Positions 17,330 through 26,599 are shown, counted from the first letter of the stretch. The stretch: 32,000 bases of DNA from Synechocystis sp. PCC 6803 substr. PCC-P (GCF_000284455.1 NC_017039.1:570001-602000); one strand, 5' to 3'. Made by a program: numbers and translations. The notes: generated by a model from the letters alone, not told the origin.

Positions 17330-20300
17330 ATGAGCGTCTACAATCTTGATTTGTCCTTAGTCTATGGGAAACTGTCCGCTTTTGCAGGCTTGGAGAGTTT
17401 TTGGCAGAATTTCGAGATTATTTATGGAAATAATTATGATGTTGTCGCCGTAGAAGCTTTGCGAAGTCGTTGGGCTATTGGAGATTTTAGCGATCTTCCT
17501 GTCATTGAAGTACTCAGTGCCGAAACCTTGGGCTCTGCTGTGGGAGCCTATGCCCAAAGTATCAATAAAATTTATCTGTCTGACCAATTTGTTGCCACTG
17601 CCCCCCCAGACGCTCTGATTGAAGTCATCCTCGAAGAGATTGGACATTTTGTGGATGCTCAAGTTAACGCAGTCGATACCATAGGAGATGAAGGACAATT
17701 ATTTGCAGATCTAGTGTTGGGAGATGTTGTCTCTGCGTCGGAATTGGCAAGGATAAAAGCCGAAGATGATACACACACCATCATTATCAATGGTCAATCA
17801 TTACAGGTTGAACAGTCAGTACAGTCTTTAATAGGCGAGTCGGTTACTGTCAATGTGCGTTTCACCGGTAGTGGTTCTGATGGCAGCTTCAATTTTGACC
17901 TGTTTACCCAAACATTTACCGTAACGTCAGGACAGGAAATCACAGATCAAGCTATCACTGCTACTTTTAATTCATCAGGATCCCCCCAAACGCTGACCGG
18001 CAACGTAGACATAGATGTATCGGAAAATACCATCTATGTGAATTTTTCGGGTACTCAGCAAGGAGGAGCTTTAACTTTCATTTTTACATCTCTAGCAGAT
18101 GAATCAATAGGTTCTGTTGAATCTGTGATTCAGACAAATGTATCTGGTTTCACTACTGGCGTTAACCAACCTCTCACCCCTTCTGTATCAAACAATAATG
18201 TTACTGTTGGTTTTTTCCCCTTTGGTTCTCAGCCTGGCGTTAATCTCTCTCAGACCTCTACACTTACCTATGGAACTCCCCCCACGGATAACACTCCGCC
18301 CAATGCCCCGTCTACGCCAGATTTGAGTGCAAGCAGTGATAGTGGGCTTTCTAGTACAGACAACATCACCAATGACACCACACCAACGTTTAACGGTACG
18401 GCTGAAGCCAACAGCACGGTAACCCTATTTAGTGGAGGTAGTACCCAGATAGGAAGCACCACTGCCAATGGCTCAGGAAATTGGACAATTACGGCTTCGA
18501 CTCCAGCTGATGGCAACTACAGTATTACTGCCAAAGCTACCGATGCTGCGGGCAATGTTAGTACGGCTTCTTCAGCCTTAGGCATTACTATTGATAACAC
18601 TACTCCAAACCTCGCTAGTGCTATTGAGATTAGTGACACCGCTCTAAAAATCGGTGATACAGCGACCGTTACCTTTACTTTTTCCGAAGCAGTAATTGGG
18701 TTTACAAATGCAGATATTATTGTCGTCGACGGTTCTTTGTCATCTCCAACGTCATCCGACGGAGGAATAACCTGGACAGCCACTCTTACCCCAAATGCTA
18801 ATGCTGAATCTAATTCCAATGTTATTACCCTAGACAATACAGGGATTAGTGACCTAGCTGGGAATAACGGAACCGGCACAACAACATCAGTTAGCTATGC
18901 TGTAGATACTATTCCCCCTACACTCACCTCTATTGATGATGGGGATGATGATAACATTGTTCCTATCGACACTCCGCTGACCTATACCCTGACCTTCAGT
19001 GAAGATATAGACTCCACAACTGTCACTGCTGATGATTTTGACAATGCGGGAACAGCGACAATTTCTATTGGAACCATTACAGAAACCAGCTCGGGGGTAT
19101 TTTCTGTAGTTGTCACTCCTAACACTTCAGGCACTATCATTCTGCAGATTCCTAATGGGGCAGTGCTTAGCGATATGGCAGGCAATAATCTAGCAGTCCC
19201 TGTGCAAGATGATGATGAACTTCAAGTCAACCAAGGACCCAGCGCTGTTATAGTTCCTAATGCCAGTCTGGCAGAAAATACCGATACTACGAACCCACTC
19301 AAAGTAGCGGATATTGCTATTACCGATGATGGTTTAGGGAGTAATGATATCAGCCTGTCAGGTATTGATGCAGCCTTTTTTGAAGTCATTGGGCAGAGTC
19401 TCTTTCTCAAGGCTGGTACAGTATTGAACTTTGAGAGTAAAGCCAGCTATACCGTCACAGTGAATGTGGATGATGACACGGTAGGTAGTACCCCTGACTT
19501 GACTGCGGATTTCAAGTTAACTATCAATAACCTAGATGAAGTAGCGCCAACCATCACATCGGGAGATACAGCAAAGGCGATCGCCGAAAATAGTGGTGCG
19601 AATCAAATAATTTACCAAGTAAAAGCAACGGATGATGGTGACATAAGTGCAGGAATAACCTTTGGCTTGAAACCGGGGGATGATGCTGACTCGTTTATCA
19701 TCAATGCCACCACTGGAGAAGTTAAGTTAATTGGCAATCCTGACTTTGAAACCCAATCCAGTTATAAATTCACCGTTACTGCTGACGATGGAGTTAACCC
19801 GGCCACCGAACAATTGGTTAATTTAGCCATCATTGACCTAGACGAAATAGCTCCTACTATCACATCGGGAGATACGGCGAAGGCGATCGCCGAAAATAGT
19901 GGTGCGAATCAAGTAATTTATCAAGTCACTGCCACAGATGATGCTGACGTAAGTGCAGGAATAACATTTGGTTTAAAGCCAGGGAATGATGCTGACCTGT
20001 TTATCATCAACTCCACCACCGGACAAGTAATCCTAACTGAAAACCCAGATTTTGAAACACAATCCAGTTATAAATTCACGGTTACTGCTAGCGATGGGGT
20101 TAATCCTGCCACCGAAAAAATAGTTACCCTAGCCATCATTGACTTAGACGAAATAGCTCCTACTATCACATCGGGAGATACGGCAAAGGCGATCACCGAA
20201 AATAGTGGTGCCAATCAAGTAATTTACGAAGTTATTGCCACAGATGATGCTGACGTAAGTGCCGGAATAACATTTGGTTTAAAGCCAGGGAATGATGCTG

Positions 20301-23227
20301 GTTCATTTACCATCAATCCCATCACCGGGAAAGTAACCCTCATTGATGACCCGGACTTTGAAACACAATCAAGTTATAAATTCACCGTTACTGCCAGCGA
20401 TGGTGTTAACCTGGCCACGGAGCAATTAGTCAACTTAACCATCATTGACTTAGATGAAATAGCTCCAACCATCACATCGGGGGATACAGCAAAGGCGATC
20501 GCCGAAAATAGTGGTGCCAATCAAGTAATTTACGAAGTTATTGCCACAGATGATGCTGACGTAAGTGCCGGAATAACATTTGGTTTAAAGCCAGGGAATG
20601 ATGCTGGTTCATTTACCATCAATCCCATCACCGGGAAAGTAACCCTCATTGATGACCCGGACTTTGAAACACAATCAAGTTATAAATTCACCGTTACTGC
20701 CAGCGATGGTGTTAACCTGGCCACGGAGCAATTAGTCAACTTAACCATCATTGACTTAGATGAAATAGCTCCAACCATCACATCGGGGGATACAGCAAAG
20801 GCGATCACCGAAAATAGTGGTGCGAATCAGATAATTTACCAGGCAACAGCGGATGATAATGCGGATATAAGTGCCGGGGTAACCTTTGGCTTGAAACCAG
20901 GGGATGATGCTGACTCGTTTATCATCAATGCCATCACTGGACAAGTTACCTTACTTGATAACCCAGACTTTGAAACCCAATCAAGTTATAAATTCACTGT
21001 CACTGCCAGCGATGGTGTGAATCCTGTCACTGAGCAAGTTGTCAATTTAACCATCATTGACTTAGATGAAATAGCCCCAACTATTACATCGGGAAATACA
21101 GCAAAGGCGATCGCCGAAAACAGTGGTGCGAATCAAGTAATTTACCAAGTCACTGCCACAGATGATGCTGACATAAGTGCCGAAGTAACCTTTGGGTTGA
21201 AATTGGGTGATGATGCCACATCTTTCAGCATTGACTCCACAACAGGCAAAGTAACTTTAATCAACAATCCTGACTTTGAAAGCCAATCCAGTTATAAATT
21301 CACCGTTACTGCTAGCGATGGTGTGAATCCCGCCACCGAAAAAATAGTTACCCTAGCCATCAATAATCTAGACGAAATAGGCCCGACCATTACATCAGGC
21401 GATACAGCAACGCCTATTGATGAAAACAGTGGTGCCAATCAACTAATTTACCAAGTTATTGCCACAGATGATGCTGACGTAAGTGCCGGAATAACATTTG
21501 GTTTAAAGCCAGGGAATGATGCTGGCTCATTTACTATCAATCCCATCACCGGGGAAGTAACCCTCATTGATGACCCGGACTTTGAAACCCAATCAAGTTA
21601 TAAATTCACCGTTACTGCCAGCGATGGTGTTAACCCTGCTACGGAAAAAATAGTTACCCTGACTATTAATGATCTGGACGAACTCGGTCCCAATATTACA
21701 TCTGATAATATCGCAACAGCAATTAATGAAAACAGTGGTGCGAATCAGATAATTTACCAAGTAACAGCAGACGATGGTGATGATATCAGTGCCGGAGTGA
21801 CCTTTGGCTTAAAGCCGGGAGACAATGCCAACCAGTTCAGTATTGATCCAACAACTGGACAAGTTACCTTACTTGATAACCCAGACTTTGAAACCCAATC
21901 AAGTTATAAATTCACGGTCACTGCCAGCGATGGCGTTAACCCTGCCACGGAGCAATTAGTCAACTTAACCATCATTGATCTTGATGAAATAGCTCCAACC
22001 ATTACTAGTGGAGATACGGCAAAAGCGATTGCCGAAAATAGTGGTGCGAATCAAGTAATTTACCAAGTAACAGCAACGGATGATGCTGACACAAGTGCAG
22101 GAGTAACCTTCGGCTTAAAACCAGGAGAAGATGCTAACTCATTTACCATCAATGCCGCCACTGGAGAAGTTGAGTTAATTGGCAATCCAGACTTTGAAAC
22201 CCAATCAAGTTATAAATTCACTGTCACTGCCAGCGATGGTGTGAATCCTGTCACGGAGCAAGTTGTTAATTTAACCATCATCGACCTAGACGAAATAGCC
22301 CCAACTATTACATCGGGAAATACAGCAAAGGCGATCGCCGAAAATAGTGGTGCCAATCAAGTAATTTATCAAGTCACTGCCACAGATGATGCTGACATAA
22401 GTGCGGGAGTAACCTTTGGCTTGAAACCAGGGGATGATGCCACATCTTTCAGCATTGACTCCACAACAGGCAAAGTAACTTTAATCAACAATCCTGACTT
22501 TGAAAGCCAATCCAGTTATAGATTCACCGTTACTGCTGACGATGGCGTTAATCCAGTTACTGAACAACAAATCGCATTAGAAATCTTAGATGACAATGTT
22601 GCTGTTATTGAAAATGGCTTTTTCTTCGCTCAATTTTTAGATAATACTCGCCAAGCTCTTTTGTTTCAGAATCAACCATTCTCTACTGATCAATCTGTAA
22701 ACTGGAAAATCTTAGACACAGAAACTGTTGATGGCTCCAATCAAGTGCTTTGGTACAATCAAGTTACTGAAGAAGTTGGTGTATGGCTGACTGATAATAA
22801 TTGGAACTGGATTTCTTCTGACACATGGCAAGTGAAATCATCAAGAACTTTTAATACCGAATTATTATTTGGGACGGACATTAACGGAGATTCTCTCATT
22901 GGCGATCAATACACTGTTTTAGAAAATCAAGGTGCGGTTGGTCTCCTGGAAGGAATTTTTGGCGCTTACTATGTTCAGCCCGGGGATGACCCAGTTACTC
23001 CTCTTAAATTTTTAGGGCAACCATTCGAGAATCAGTTTGGTAGTTGGCAAGCCCTAGCCGCAGAAAGGGTTGAAAACATCAACCGAGTTTTATGGCAAAA
23101 TTTTGACACCGGAGAAATTGGAATTTGGCGAACAGACAATAATTGGAATTGGCTTTCTTCCAATGTTTTTACCCCCAATTCCACTGAAATAGCCACCGTT
23201 GAAAGCCTTTTTGGCATTAGCCTTTAG
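17330..23227 (+). CDS. Giant (1965 aa) cadherin-repeat / Ig-like-repeat surface or extracellular protein
   Basis: Uninterrupted ORF. It has an N-terminal conserved module (...LEEIGHFVDAQVN...), Ig-like repeats (TPPNAPSTPDLSASSDSGLSSTDNITNDTTPTFNGTAE...AGNVS...ITIDNTTP), one divergent and ten near-identical 102-aa cadherin-type repeats (linker IIDLDEIAPTITSG; ATDDADVSAGITF; FxIxxxTGxVTL; PDFETQSSYKFTVTASDG), and two Trp-rich C-terminal modules. Confidence 0.92.
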   Translation: MSVYNLDLSLVYGKLSAFAGLESFWQNFEIIYGNNYDVVAVEALRSRWAIGDFSDLPVIEVLSAETLGSAVGAYAQSINKIYLSDQFVATAPPDALIEVILEEIGHFVDAQVNAVDTIGDEGQLFADLVLGDVVSASELARIKAEDDTHTIIINGQSLQVEQSVQSLIGESVTVNVRFTGSGSDGSFNFDLFTQTFTVTSGQEITDQAITATFNSSGSPQTLTGNVDIDVSENTIYVNFSGTQQGGALTFIFTSLADESIGSVESVIQTNVSGFTTGVNQPLTPSVSNNNVTVGFFPFGSQPGVNLSQTSTLTYGTPPTDNTPPNAPSTPDLSASSDSGLSSTDNITNDTTPTFNGTAEANSTVTLFSGGSTQIGSTTANGSGNWTITASTPADGNYSITAKATDAAGNVSTASSALGITIDNTTPNLASAIEISDTALKIGDTATVTFTFSEAVIGFTNADIIVVDGSLSSPTSSDGGITWTATLTPNANAESNSNVITLDNTGISDLAGNNGTGTTTSVSYAVDTIPPTLTSIDDGDDDNIVPIDTPLTYTLTFSEDIDSTTVTADDFDNAGTATISIGTITETSSGVFSVVVTPNTSGTIILQIPNGAVLSDMAGNNLAVPVQDDDELQVNQGPSAVIVPNASLAENTDTTNPLKVADIAITDDGLGSNDISLSGIDAAFFEVIGQSLFLKAGTVLNFESKASYTVTVNVDDDTVGSTPDLTADFKLTINNLDEVAPTITSGDTAKAIAENSGANQIIYQVKATDDGDISAGITFGLKPGDDADSFIINATTGEVKLIGNPDFETQSSYKFTVTADDGVNPATEQLVNLAIIDLDEIAPTITSGDTAKAIAENSGANQVIYQVTATDDADVSAGITFGLKPGNDADLFIINSTTGQVILTENPDFETQSSYKFTVTASDGVNPATEKIVTLAIIDLDEIAPTITSGDTAKAITENSGANQVIYEVIATDDADVSAGITFGLKPGNDAGSFTINPITGKVTLIDDPDFETQSSYKFTVTASDGVNLATEQLVNLTIIDLDEIAPTITSGDTAKAIAENSGANQVIYEVIATDDADVSAGITFGLKPGNDAGSFTINPITGKVTLIDDPDFETQSSYKFTVTASDGVNLATEQLVNLTIIDLDEIAPTITSGDTAKAITENSGANQIIYQATADDNADISAGVTFGLKPGDDADSFIINAITGQVTLLDNPDFETQSSYKFTVTASDGVNPVTEQVVNLTIIDLDEIAPTITSGNTAKAIAENSGANQVIYQVTATDDADISAEVTFGLKLGDDATSFSIDSTTGKVTLINNPDFESQSSYKFTVTASDGVNPATEKIVTLAINNLDEIGPTITSGDTATPIDENSGANQLIYQVIATDDADVSAGITFGLKPGNDAGSFTINPITGEVTLIDDPDFETQSSYKFTVTASDGVNPATEKIVTLTINDLDELGPNITSDNIATAINENSGANQIIYQVTADDGDDISAGVTFGLKPGDNANQFSIDPTTGQVTLLDNPDFETQSSYKFTVTASDGVNPATEQLVNLTIIDLDEIAPTITSGDTAKAIAENSGANQVIYQVTATDDADTSAGVTFGLKPGEDANSFTINAATGEVELIGNPDFETQSSYKFTVTASDGVNPVTEQVVNLTIIDLDEIAPTITSGNTAKAIAENSGANQVIYQVTATDDADISAGVTFGLKPGDDATSFSIDSTTGKVTLINNPDFESQSSYRFTVTADDGVNPVTEQQIALEILDDNVAVIENGFFFAQFLDNTRQALLFQNQPFSTDQSVNWKILDTETVDGSNQVLWYNQVTEEVGVWLTDNNWNWISSDTWQVKSSRTFNTELLFGTDINGDSLIGDQYTVLENQGAVGLLEGIFGAYYVQPGDDPVTPLKFLGQPFENQFGSWQALAAERVENINRVLWQNFDTGEIGIWRTDNNWNWLSSNVFTPNSTEIATVESLFGISL
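19529..22588 (+). repeat. Tandem array of 10 x 306-bp coding repeats (cadherin-type domains)
   Basis: Repeat phase marks (codon for N/D of the N/D-L-D-E linker) fall at 19529, 19835, 20141, 20447, 20753, 21059, 21365, 21671, 21977 and 22283. The array ends at 22588, an exact 306-bp period throughout. A more divergent cadherin-like unit precedes it (about 19223-19528). Confidence 0.95.
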
Positions 23228-23268
23228 ACTACTATTCGTTGGACGGTAATGGCAATGGTCTATTTTTT
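23225..23268 (+). terminator. Candidate terminator downstream of the giant gene
   Basis: TAGACTA (23225-23231) pairs with TGGTCTA (23256-23262, one G-U) across a long loop and is followed by T6 (23263-23268). It overlaps the stop codon. The structure is weak. Confidence 0.35.
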
Positions 23269-23358
23269 GGATAAAACGCCGAGTCAGTGGGGAAGGATGG
23301 CAAGGTCCGTCACCTAGGCCATATACTCGACTCAAACCCTTCCTGAGTTGTCCCCTTT

Positions 23359-24345
23359 ATGTCCCAAACCACCGCTACCCTGCCATTGCCCAGCCCGGAA
23401 AGTGCGATCGCCTTAGCAGGAAGCGGAGAAGATAACTTAACCTATTTGGCCCACCACACCGGCGCAAAGTTGATTCTGCGGGGGCAAGAACTGATGGTGG
23501 TCGGTACCGAAAAAGCCGTGGCCCGGGTTATGGCCGTGCTCCAATCCCTTGCTCCCTACTGGCAGAGTGCTAAAGCCATTTCCCGTCCAGACTTGATGAC
23601 CGCTTTCCATGCCCTAGATACGGGCAAACAAGAAGAACACCAAGCTTTACAAAAAACGGTGTTGGCCAAAACCCGCCGGGGGGAAATTGTCCGGGCGAAA
23701 ACGTTCCGGCAACGGCAATATATCAAGGCAATCCAAAAGCACGATGTGACGTTTTGCATTGGCCCAGCGGGCACAGGGAAAACTTTTTTGGCGGCGGTGC
23801 TTGCGGTCCAAGCGCTGCTAAACAATGAATGCGATCGCCTGATTTTGACTAGGCCGGCGGTGGAAGCGGGGGAAAAATTAGGTTTTCTGCCGGGGGATTT
23901 GCAACAAAAAGTTGATCCGTTTTTGCGACCCCTCTACGATGCTTTGTATGAATTTATTGAACCGGAAAAAATTCCTGACTTGATGGAGCGGGGCAAAATT
24001 GAGGTAGCTCCCCTGGCCTATATGCGGGGCAGAACATTGACCAATGCCTTTGTGATTGTGGACGAGGCTCAAAATACCACCCCAGCCCAACTGAAAATGG
24101 TTTTAACTCGCCTGGGTTTTGGCTCGAAAATGATTGTGACCGGCGACATAACCCAAACCGATTTACCCAATTACCAAAAATCAGGTTTGCAAGTGGCCCA
24201 AACCATTCTTAAGGATGTGGAAGGGGTTGCATTCTGTTACCTCAATCAGGCGGATGTGGTGCGCCATCCCTTGGTGCAAAGGATTGTGGAAGCCTACGAA
24301 CGTTCCGAAAATACCAGTCCCCCGGCCCCGAAGCCTTCCTCGTAA
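23359..24345 (+). CDS. phoH: PhoH-family ATPase
   Basis: 328 aa. Walker A GPAGTGKTFLA, Walker B FVIVDEAQN, and conserved GDITQTDLP and LTRPAVEAGEKLGFLPGDL motifs. Confidence 0.92.
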   Translation: MSQTTATLPLPSPESAIALAGSGEDNLTYLAHHTGAKLILRGQELMVVGTEKAVARVMAVLQSLAPYWQSAKAISRPDLMTAFHALDTGKQEEHQALQKTVLAKTRRGEIVRAKTFRQRQYIKAIQKHDVTFCIGPAGTGKTFLAAVLAVQALLNNECDRLILTRPAVEAGEKLGFLPGDLQQKVDPFLRPLYDALYEFIEPEKIPDLMERGKIEVAPLAYMRGRTLTNAFVIVDEAQNTTPAQLKMVLTRLGFGSKMIVTGDITQTDLPNYQKSGLQVAQTILKDVEGVAFCYLNQADVVRHPLVQRIVEAYERSENTSPPAPKPSS

Positions 24346-24491
24346 AGGCTTGATCCCCAAGGGGTTTTCCGAGTTAGGGCAAGGCTCTCCCTAGGGGCAT
24401 TTTCCCAGAAGTAAAACTTTGATGTACACTAATGCGGGCGTGAATCCGTGGCCATTGCCAGGACGATCGCCGATGTGGTGTGGGGTGAAAT

Positions 24492-24524
24492 CTAGGGCGA
24501 ATGAACCGCCTCTAGGCTTTTTTT
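24492..24524 (+). terminator. Rho-independent terminator about 150 nt downstream of phoH
   Basis: CTAGGGCG (24492-24499) pairs with CGCCTCTAG (24507-24515, one bulged T). GC plus T7 follow (24518-24524). Confidence 0.65.
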
Positions 24525-24555
24525 GTCTAAAGCAAGATTAAACAAAGTTAAGCAA

Positions 24556-25752
24556 ATGCCAAGCCGTCCCTTGGGGCGGAGTTTCACCACTAGTTTTTCG
24601 ATGAATTTACGCTACCTCTGGTCAGGAAAACAGATATTGATAGGAGGCGGTCTAATTCCTCTATTATTCGGTGCCGCTGTCTCGGCCCAGTCTCCTAGCC
24701 AAACTAATCCCAGTAATCTTCCTGACGTTACCCCCCTCCTGGCTCAACGGTCAGCGACCGACGATAGAAGGCAGTTCAATGAGCTACTGCGCCAAGGCAA
24801 GGCCTATGTGGATAACGGTAATTTTCCCCAGGCGATCGCCATTTACCAACAGGCGGCCATGTTGGACGGGGAAAACGCAGAACTGTTTGGCAGCATGGGT
24901 TATCTCTACGCCCGCCAGGGACAATTTGCCGAGGCTAGCCGGAGTTTTCAGCAGGCTCTGCGGGTAAATCCCAACAATCCCGACTATTACGATGGTTTGG
25001 GCTTTAGTTACGCCCGCCAAGGATTGTTAAACGAAGCTGCCAGCGCCTATGCCACCGCCATTAGTTTAGGCCCCAGTTCCCGTGAGTCAGTTAAATACCG
25101 CCTTGCCCTGGGGATTATCATGCTCCAGCAGGGAGACTACAACCGGGTGCGTCAACTGTATAACGAAATTCATAGTTTGCAATCGGACAATGAAGAAGCG
25201 GCGGTGATGATGGGGGCAGCCCTGCTCCAGAGCAGTGAGTATGAACAGTTAATCACGTTCAACAATCAGGCCCTTAGATTATTTCCTAACCGTTCTGAAC
25301 TAACCTTGCAACTGGGTAAAGCTTATCTGGCCCAGGGTGATCTGGTGGCAGCCCGCAGAGCGTTAGAACCTAGGCTCAATCCAGATTGGCGTAGTTTTTC
25401 CCTCTACCTTACCTGGGCAGAACTACTGGAACGGGAGGGAAATTTTGCCGGAGCCCTGGATGCCTATAAACAAGCTCTCCGCAATGAACCCACGGCGATC
25501 GCCGCTAAAATTGGCACTGGTCGGATGTATTTGGAATTGGACAATCCTGCCGAAGCTGTTTGGGTTTTCCGTGATTTAACCCGCCTCCAACCCAGTAACG
25601 CTGATTTTTATTACCTGCTGGGGGAAGCCTACGCTGTGGACGAAAAAATTGACTTGGCCAAAAAATCCTTTGGGGAAGCGAAAAAACTTTACCAGGCCCA
25701 GGGCAACACCGCTGGCAGTGACCGGACCCAAGAAAAGCTGGATAATCTCTAG
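24556..25752 (+). CDS. TPR-repeat protein with an N-terminal signal sequence (periplasmic/lumenal)
   Basis: Multiple 34-aa TPR units (e.g. AIAIYQQAAMLDGENAELFGSMGYLYARQGQFAEASRSFQQALRVNPNNPDYY) and a signal-like segment ILIGGGLIPLLFGAAVSAQS. The track's TTG start (24523) lies inside the upstream terminator T-tract. ATG 24556 is used here, and ATG 24601 (MNLRYLW...) is equally possible. Confidence 0.85.
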   Translation: MPSRPLGRSFTTSFSMNLRYLWSGKQILIGGGLIPLLFGAAVSAQSPSQTNPSNLPDVTPLLAQRSATDDRRQFNELLRQGKAYVDNGNFPQAIAIYQQAAMLDGENAELFGSMGYLYARQGQFAEASRSFQQALRVNPNNPDYYDGLGFSYARQGLLNEAASAYATAISLGPSSRESVKYRLALGIIMLQQGDYNRVRQLYNEIHSLQSDNEEAAVMMGAALLQSSEYEQLITFNNQALRLFPNRSELTLQLGKAYLAQGDLVAARRALEPRLNPDWRSFSLYLTWAELLEREGNFAGALDAYKQALRNEPTAIAAKIGTGRMYLELDNPAEAVWVFRDLTRLQPSNADFYYLLGEAYAVDEKIDLAKKSFGEAKKLYQAQGNTAGSDRTQEKLDNL

Positions 25753-25834
25753 TGGAAGTTAGCCAGACCAATGCTTGCTGACCAACTTTCAACAATCTAT
25801 TTTTACCCTTTTCAGTTTTCAGGAGTTAATCACC

Positions 25835-26413
25835 GTGGATGCAATGGAATTCTTTCGCAATAGTTCCGGCAACTGGCGATCGCAACGTACCACCCATCAC
25901 CTGGCCTTCCGTCGGGCAGAAACCGGCACCTCGGAAATTTTTGTTGAAGCTCTGGGTGCTGATGATCAAAAAATTGTCGAGATTTGTGAAATGCACGACT
26001 GCGACCCAGCCAAAGCCGTGGGGGGAGCCTTTGTCCGCTGGGAAAGCGCCATGGCCTGGGATAAAGAGGATGAAAATCATGAAGGAACAACTGTATTTGC
26101 CCTCATTCCCGATGAAGACAATCCCCAACAGGGACTACTACTGCGGGAGAGGGGCTATGCGGAAATTGTCCCCATTGCCGGTCGCTATCACATCGACGAA
26201 GAGGAAGCCCTGGTGCTAGTGACGGAGTATGAGACCATGACCACCATTGAACGGTTCTGGTTTGCCAACCCGGATATGCGCCTTAGAACCAGTACTGTGC
26301 AAAGGTTTGGGGGATTCAATACCGCCACCTACTGTACGGAAATGCGGGTCAAAGAGGAAAACACCGTGTCTGCGTCCCCTGCCCCTGCCTACGAACAATT
26401 TTGTGGCTGGTAG
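25835..26413 (+). CDS. cpcS: Phycobiliprotein bilin lyase, CpcS/CpeS family
   Basis: (V)DAMEFFRNSSGNWRSQRTTHHLAFRRAETGTSEI...WDKEDENHEGTTVFALIPD...RERGYAEIVPIAGRY...ERFWFANPDMRLRTSTV is the conserved S-type lyase sequence. GTG 25835 is preceded by AGGAG (25821-25825). ATG 25844 is the alternative. Confidence 0.85.
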   Translation: MDAMEFFRNSSGNWRSQRTTHHLAFRRAETGTSEIFVEALGADDQKIVEICEMHDCDPAKAVGGAFVRWESAMAWDKEDENHEGTTVFALIPDEDNPQQGLLLRERGYAEIVPIAGRYHIDEEEALVLVTEYETMTTIERFWFANPDMRLRTSTVQRFGGFNTATYCTEMRVKEENTVSASPAPAYEQFCGW

Positions 26414-26495
26414 CCCCGTTTGGTTCCAGTATGGGGAGCTCGATCGCCCTGCCAAGCCATCTGAGGAATTGGCTAACCCTGAATGGAAGGGCGAT

Positions 26496-26515
26496 AATTG
26501 TAATAAATTGTAATA
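26496..26515 (+). repeat. Perfect tandem 10-mer (AATTGTAATA x2) in the cpcG1 upstream region
   Basis: 26496-26505 equals 26506-26515. The second copy runs into TAATAT (26511-26516), a possible -10 hexamer 85-105 nt upstream of the cpcG1 start. Confidence 0.3.
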
Positions 26516-26599
26516 TTTGCCAACGATTAGGACCCTTCCCCCTTATTATTTAAACTAACTAATTATCAAGCTCTTCTTTAAGATCACGGAGGTTTACAC

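Noticed and set aside
17357-20944. Minus-strand ORFs inside the giant gene (17357-17698, 18268-18516, 18517-18879, 18982-19185, 19222-19410, 20756-20944)
   Set aside because: They are antisense shadows of the long plus-strand ORF with no motifs. They disappear or shift between otherwise near-identical repeats.
19529-22588. Regular 306-bp repeats considered as a possible CRISPR or satellite array
   Set aside because: The period is a multiple of three inside one uninterrupted ORF, there is no repeat/unique-spacer alternation, and the units encode cadherin-type domains.
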